Source: an uncultured Solirubrobacterales bacterium
GTDB taxonomy: Bacteria; Actinomycetota; Thermoleophilia; Solirubrobacterales; Solirubrobacteraceae
Length of the DNA stretch: 64,000 nt
Direction of reading: 5' to 3'
NCBI GenBank assembly: GCA_963846265.1
Contig: CAWJVJ010000005.1
Location: 601,715 to 665,714 of the forward strand
Shown one piece after another: positions 59,623-64,000 of this stretch. A model generated the notes under the pieces. The model had not been told where the DNA came from. It saw nothing but the letters and a program-made list of their open reading frames with translations, and did not search any database. Numbering within the stretch: position 1 is the stretch's first letter; each line of letters begins with the position of its first letter. The position numbers were made by a program, and so were the translations under genes.

Positions 59623-59691
59623 GGCGGGGCGGGGGTCGCCGGCGGGTGTGGATCGCCGGCGGGCGTGGATCGCCGGCGGGCGTGGATCGCC
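59623..59691. repeat. Tandem 17-bp repeats (GGCGGGCGTGGATCGCC), three near-exact copies plus a degenerate one
   Basis: Units at 59641, 59658 and 59675; degenerate unit at 59623. Confidence 0.88.
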
Positions 59692-59704
59692 GGCGGCCCG
59701 GTAA

Positions 59705-59970
59705 ACGGCGGGCACCTGGAGTGTGAGGGCGGTGGTCTCTCCGCACATCCGTGGTCGGCCGGCGACCCCGCCCGTCGTCGGCTGGCGACCTGCAAAACCT
59801 GACAACGGAGGCGTCAAGCCGGGACTGTGTCGTGTCACGCATGCCCCACATGCAAGGAACGGCACGGTCAACATCAATCGCGTCAATTGTCAGCTTTTGC
59901 AGGTCGTTTCCGGCCCATTCGGCCTGCTTCCGCCACCGAGCGCCCGAACCCTCCTCCAGGTGCCCGCCGT
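59705..59970. mobile_element. MITE-like element with 17-bp perfect terminal inverted repeats, TAA flanks and an internal 121-nt hairpin
   Basis: TAA|ACGGCGGGCACCTGGAG ... CTCCAGGTGCCCGCCGT|TAA; inner inverted repeat at 59786-59805 / 59887-59906 (19/20). Confidence 0.7.
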
Positions 59971-60017
59971 TAAGCCCCGATCGCCCGATGACCGGTCGGC
60001 CGGGATCCCGCCGGCGC

Positions 60018-60082
60018 ACCGCCACCGACCACCGCCACCGACCACCCCGCCACCGCCACCGACCACCGACCACCGCCACCGC
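60018..60082. repeat. Simple hexamer repeat tract (CCACCG/CCGACC)
   Basis: accgccaccgaccaccgccaccgaccacccc... directly visible. Confidence 0.85.
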
Positions 60083-60153
60083 GAAACGCGCGCACCGGCA
60101 ACGGCTTTGTCACAACCCGCCGCCCCGGCGCCGGGCGCTGTCAGAATCGAGAG

Positions 60154-61212
60154 GTGATGAGTGGTCAGGTTCTCAGCTCCGAATCCGAGCATCCCGCCGG
60201 CCCGGTCGCGGCGGCGTTCGCCGAGCGGATTCGGGCGCGGGAGGCGCGGGATCTCGCCCCGCTGGCGACGCCGTCCTACCCCGCGAGCCGGCAGCGGCCC
60301 GAGCCTGACTGCGGGCTGCGCACCCCGTTTCAGCGCGACCGCGACCGGATCGTCCACTGCAAGGCGTTCAGACGGCTCAAGTACAAGACGCAGGTGTTCG
60401 TGGCGCCGGCGGGCGACCACTACCGGACGCGGCTCACGCATACGCTCGAGGTCACGCAGATCTCCCGCACGGTGGCGCGGGCGCTGCGCCTGAACGAGGA
60501 TCTCGTCGAGGCGATCGGCCTCGGGCACGACCTCGGCCACCCGCCGTTCGGGCATGTCGGCGAGGACGCGCTCGACGGCTGCCTGACCGAGCGCTTCGGT
60601 CTGCGGTTCATGCACCACGAGCACTCGCTGCGCGTGGTCGACACGCTCGAGCGCGACGGCCACGGCCTCAACCTGACCGAGCCGGTTCGGGACGGGATCG
60701 TGAGCCACTCCGGCCGGGCGCAGGAGCCCGCCACGCTCGAGGGCAAGATCGTCCGCCTGATGGACCGGGTGGCGTACATCAACCACGACATCGACGACGC
60801 GCTTCGCGCCGGCGTCCTCACACCAGATGATCTCCCGCGTGGGCCGATCGAGGTCCTCGGCGACACCGGCTCGCACCGGATCGACACGCTCGTGCACGAC
60901 CTGGTCGAGCGTTCCGAGCGCAGCGGCGAGATCGAGCAGGGCGAGACTGTCGGCGGGTCGATGGCCGAGCTTCGCGCGTTCATGTTCGAGCGCGTGTACC
61001 TGGGGCCCGAGGCGACGCGCGAGCACGCGAAGATCAGGGTGGTGGTCCGCTCGCTGTTCGATTACTACTGCGCTCACCCCGACGAGATCCCCGACTCGAT
61101 CCCGCCGGGCGATCTCGCCCGCCGGGTCACCGATTACCTCGCCGGCATGACCGACCGGTTCTGCATCCGCACGTTCGAGGCGCTGAGCGTGCCGGTGGCG
61201 TTCGCGCCGTGA
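60154..61212 (+). CDS. dgt: Deoxyguanosinetriphosphate triphosphohydrolase-like HD protein
   Basis: RTPFQRDRDRI.H.KAFRRLK.KTQVF, RTRLTH.LEV, HDLGHPPFGH.GE, DR.AY.NHDIDD, VTDYLAGMTD. Confidence 0.95.
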   Translation: MMSGQVLSSESEHPAGPVAAAFAERIRAREARDLAPLATPSYPASRQRPEPDCGLRTPFQRDRDRIVHCKAFRRLKYKTQVFVAPAGDHYRTRLTHTLEVTQISRTVARALRLNEDLVEAIGLGHDLGHPPFGHVGEDALDGCLTERFGLRFMHHEHSLRVVDTLERDGHGLNLTEPVRDGIVSHSGRAQEPATLEGKIVRLMDRVAYINHDIDDALRAGVLTPDDLPRGPIEVLGDTGSHRIDTLVHDLVERSERSGEIEQGETVGGSMAELRAFMFERVYLGPEATREHAKIRVVVRSLFDYYCAHPDEIPDSIPPGDLARRVTDYLAGMTDRFCIRTFEALSVPVAFAP

Positions 61213-61216
61213 CCCC

Positions 61217-63004
61217 GTGACCCGGTTCACCGCCGACTCGCGCGATCGCGTGCGCGACGCGGTCGACATGATCGCGCTGGTCTCGGACCACACCGAGCTG
61301 CGCCGCGCCGGCGCCAGCGAGTACGTCGGCCGCTGCCCGTTCCACGACGAGCGAACCCCGTCGTTCGGCGTCAACCCGATCGACAAGGTCTACTACTGCT
61401 TCGGCTGCCAGGCCTCGGGCGACGCGTTCACGTTCGTGATGGAGACCGAGGGACACGACTTCCCGGGGGCGCTGCAGACGCTCGCGGATCGCTTTGGCGT
61501 CGAGCTCCAAACCGAGGACGAGGACCCACAGGCATCGGAGCGTCGCCAGCGCCGCCAACGCCTCCAGTCCCTGCTCGGCCGCGCCGCCACCTACTACGCG
61601 CGATACCTGTGGGAGGCGCGAGAAGCGCTGCCCGCACGCGAATACCTGCAAAGCCGCGGACTCCGCGAAGAGACGCTTCAAACCTTCCGCGTCGGCTACG
61701 CGCCCAGCGCCTGGGACCGGATCCTCACCGCCTCGCGCCGGGCGGGATTCAGCGACGAGGAGCTGCTCGCCGTGGGCCTCGCGCAGCGCTCCCAGAACCG
61801 CCCGGGCCAGGTCTACGACCGGTTCCGCGAGCGGATCATGTTCCCCTCGACCGATGCCCGGGGCAACGTGATCGGGTTCGGGGCTCGGGCGATGCGCGAC
61901 AACCAGCGCCCCAAGTACCTCAACACCGCCGAGGGCGAGCTCTACCACAAGCGCCGGGTGCTGTTCGGCCTCGATCGTGCACGGGCCGCTGCCGCCCGCG
62001 TCGGGAGCGTGATCCTGGTCGAGGGCTACACGGACGTGCTCGCGCTGCACCAGGCCGAGCTCGGCAACGCGGTGGGAATCATGGGAACCGCGCTAACCGA
62101 GGAGCAGGTCTCCGAGCTCGAGCGGGTCGCCAAGGTGCTCGTGCTGTGCCTCGACGCCGACCGCGCCGGCCAGGACGCGATGCTCCGCGCCGCCCAGCTC
62201 ACCGACCAGCGTAAGCTCGAGCTCCGCGTGGTCGCACTGCCCGACGGAACGGACCCGGCGGAGCTGATCGAGCGCGCCGGCGCCGACGCGTTGCGCGAAC
62301 GGGTGGCGGCATCGGTGCCGTTCGTCGCGTTCCACGTCGAGCGGATCCTCGAGCGGAGCGATACCCGCAGCGCCGAGGGCCGCGACCGCGCGTTCCGGCA
62401 GCTGCTGCCCGCGCTCAAAGGCTTGGCGCGAGGCGCGTTCAGCGATGAGCTCCTGCGTCGCGTCGCCGGCAGGCTCGAGCTGAGCGAGGCGCGGCTCGGC
62501 TCGCTGATCGAGGGCGCCGCCCAGCAGAACGGTGACGGCGCGAGCGCTGCCGGCGCCGACGCGTCCGCGCCCATCCCCGCGGTGCTCGACCAGAGCGTAC
62601 GCGCCGAGCGGACGTTCCTGGCGCTCTGCATCGCGATGCCGGGAGCGGGTGCGCGAACCCTGTTCGAGATCGATACCGAGCAGCTGATCACGAGCGAGTT
62701 GCTGCGCCGCGCCGCGCGCCACCTCGCCGGCCGGACGCAGTCCCCGCTCGCCGATCTGCCCGCGGGCGACGACCAGCTGGCGAGGACCGTCGCCGGCCTC
62801 GTCGAGGAAGCCGGGCTGGCCGGCCAGGTCAGCGACGATCAGCTCGAGCACGCTCGGCTGGTGCTCGAGCAGGCCAGACTCGACCGCGCGATCCGGCGGG
62901 CCAAGACCGAGGGCGGCAGCGGGATCGGCGATCTCGCCCGCGAACGCGAGGCGGTGATGGCGGCGCGCCGGACGGTCTACGCCCGGCTCGAGAAGGCGGT
63001 CTGA
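61217..63004 (+). CDS. dnaG: DNA primase
   Basis: CPFHDERTPSF, YYCFGC, FRERIMFP, KYLNT, VEGYTDV, GTALT, CLDAD.AG. Confidence 0.97.
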   Translation: MTRFTADSRDRVRDAVDMIALVSDHTELRRAGASEYVGRCPFHDERTPSFGVNPIDKVYYCFGCQASGDAFTFVMETEGHDFPGALQTLADRFGVELQTEDEDPQASERRQRRQRLQSLLGRAATYYARYLWEAREALPAREYLQSRGLREETLQTFRVGYAPSAWDRILTASRRAGFSDEELLAVGLAQRSQNRPGQVYDRFRERIMFPSTDARGNVIGFGARAMRDNQRPKYLNTAEGELYHKRRVLFGLDRARAAAARVGSVILVEGYTDVLALHQAELGNAVGIMGTALTEEQVSELERVAKVLVLCLDADRAGQDAMLRAAQLTDQRKLELRVVALPDGTDPAELIERAGADALRERVAASVPFVAFHVERILERSDTRSAEGRDRAFRQLLPALKGLARGAFSDELLRRVAGRLELSEARLGSLIEGAAQQNGDGASAAGADASAPIPAVLDQSVRAERTFLALCIAMPGAGARTLFEIDTEQLITSELLRRAARHLAGRTQSPLADLPAGDDQLARTVAGLVEEAGLAGQVSDDQLEHARLVLEQARLDRAIRRAKTEGGSGIGDLAREREAVMAARRTVYARLEKAV

Positions 63005-63005
63005 T

Positions 63006-64000
63006 CTACCGCAGCGTCTGTGGCAGCTCCGTCCGAATTGCGGCCAGCACCACCTGGCGTACCTCCGCCGCCGTTCGGCCGTGCGCGCGAGCGACACGCC
63101 CGAGCGTCTTGGTGGCGAGCTGCTTGCGGAGCTCGGCCGGCGTCATCCGCAGGTACTTCGCCGCCACCGCGATCTCGAACGGCCTGAGCCCCTTGACGCC
63201 GGGCAGGTTCGCCGGGCGCGCCGGCGCGACACCCCCGGCGGCGCCCGGCGGTATCAGGTCGGTTTGCGGCGTCACGGGCAGGATCACTGGGGGCAGCGGC
63301 GCCTGGTTGAAGTTGAAGTCGTTCTGGAGATCGCCGAGTTCGGGCTCGTCCTCGCGCACGTCGGGGCGGGAGTCAGGACGACCGTCGGTCTTAGGGTCGA
63401 GCCGCTGACCGTTCAGGAAGTCGTCCTCGATGAACTTCGCGTACGCGTCGAAGCTGAGCGTCTGATGGTCGATATAGCCCGGCTTCGCGTACGGGCTGAT
63501 GACCAACCCGGGGACGCGCAACCCGTAGCCCAGGCTGTCGACCTTCGGCGGGTCCACGTGATCGTAGAAACCACCCCAGTCATCCCAGGCGAGGAAGATC
63601 GCGGTGCTGCTCCATTCGGGGCTTCGCATGATTGCGTTGATCAGCCCCGTCACGTACGTCTGACCGGCCGTGATCAGCCCGGGAGGGTGCTCGGACACGG
63701 TTCCGTTCGGCGTGATCCACGACACCGCAGGCAGGTCGTCGTTCTTGACCGCCGTGAAGAAGTCGGGCAGCGCCTTGATGTCCCCGAGCTGGTCGTCCTG
63801 CTGCACGTCGGTGAAGTACGGCAGCGGGTTCCAGATGCCCGGTGTCTGGGCGGTCTGCACGACCGGCGCGCACGACATCGCCGCGTTGTCGTCGCAGTCC
63901 GGCTGGCTCCCCTTGTCGACGTAGTACGCCCAGCTGACGTCGTCCTTGTGCAGGAGCCAGGTGAGGTCTGTCCACGCGTAGTTCGGATTGGTCGGCAGCG
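63006..64000 (-). CDS. Phosphoesterase / phospholipase C family protein (5' end beyond the window) with a C-terminal helical module
   Basis: The frame stays open to the window edge ([25 protein letters not shown]); LPAVSWITP...[41 protein letters not shown]...KFIE. Confidence 0.88.
   Translation of the reverse strand, partial: LPTNPNYAWTDLTWLLHKDDVSWAYYVDKGSQPDCDDNAAMSCAPVVQTAQTPGIWNPLPYFTDVQQDDQLGDIKALPDFFTAVKNDDLPAVSWITPNGTVSEHPPGLITAGQTYVTGLINAIMRSPEWSSTAIFLAWDDWGGFYDHVDPPKVDSLGYGLRVPGLVISPYAKPGYIDHQTLSFDAYAKFIEDDFLNGQRLDPKTDGRPDSRPDVREDEPELGDLQNDFNFNQAPLPPVILPVTPQTDLIPPGAAGGVAPARPANLPGVKGLRPFEIAVAAKYLRMTPAELRKQLATKTLGRVARAHGRTAAEVRQVVLAAIRTELPQTLR

Noticed and set aside
59623-59691. CRISPR array
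   Set aside because: A spacerless tandem repeat.

Overview
Very GC-rich actinobacterial chromosome segment. Protein style and gene order suggest Thermoleophilia/Solirubrobacterales (inference, not a database result). It is mostly conserved housekeeping blocks: rpmB-DAK2-recG-rsmD-coaD; yceD-rpmF-plsX-acpP-rnc-smc-ftsY-ffh-rpsP-khpA-rimM-trmD-rplS-lepB x2-rnhB-yraN-comM-dprA; xerC-whiG-EF-G2; rnhA-xseB-ispA-dxs; tlyA-nadK-[insert]-recN-pyrG-M20-NUDIX-xerD-deoB-mutM; recO-dgt-dnaG. I found no rRNA, tRNA, CRISPR or transposase. The best candidate for an undescribed system is a two-gene module at 26389-27288, lying in a block between dprA and xerC. It encodes an 82-aa protein with a beta-grasp-like pattern ending ...RVIFFPRAAGG-R (ubiquitin/ThiS-like di-glycine plus one extra residue) and a 212-aa membrane-anchored partner I cannot assign to a family; no E1/ThiF or JAB gene is nearby. 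Other notable observations: a mirror-duplicated divergent promoter for yraN and comM-dprA, an RNase III lacking two of its four catalytic carboxylates, two different MITE-like elements (CTAG- and TAA-flanked), a 48-bp near-perfect palindrome, a strong-SD upstream ORF overlapping an oxidoreductase start, an in-frame amber codon at the 5' end of an L,D-transpeptidase, and many leaderless-type promoters.
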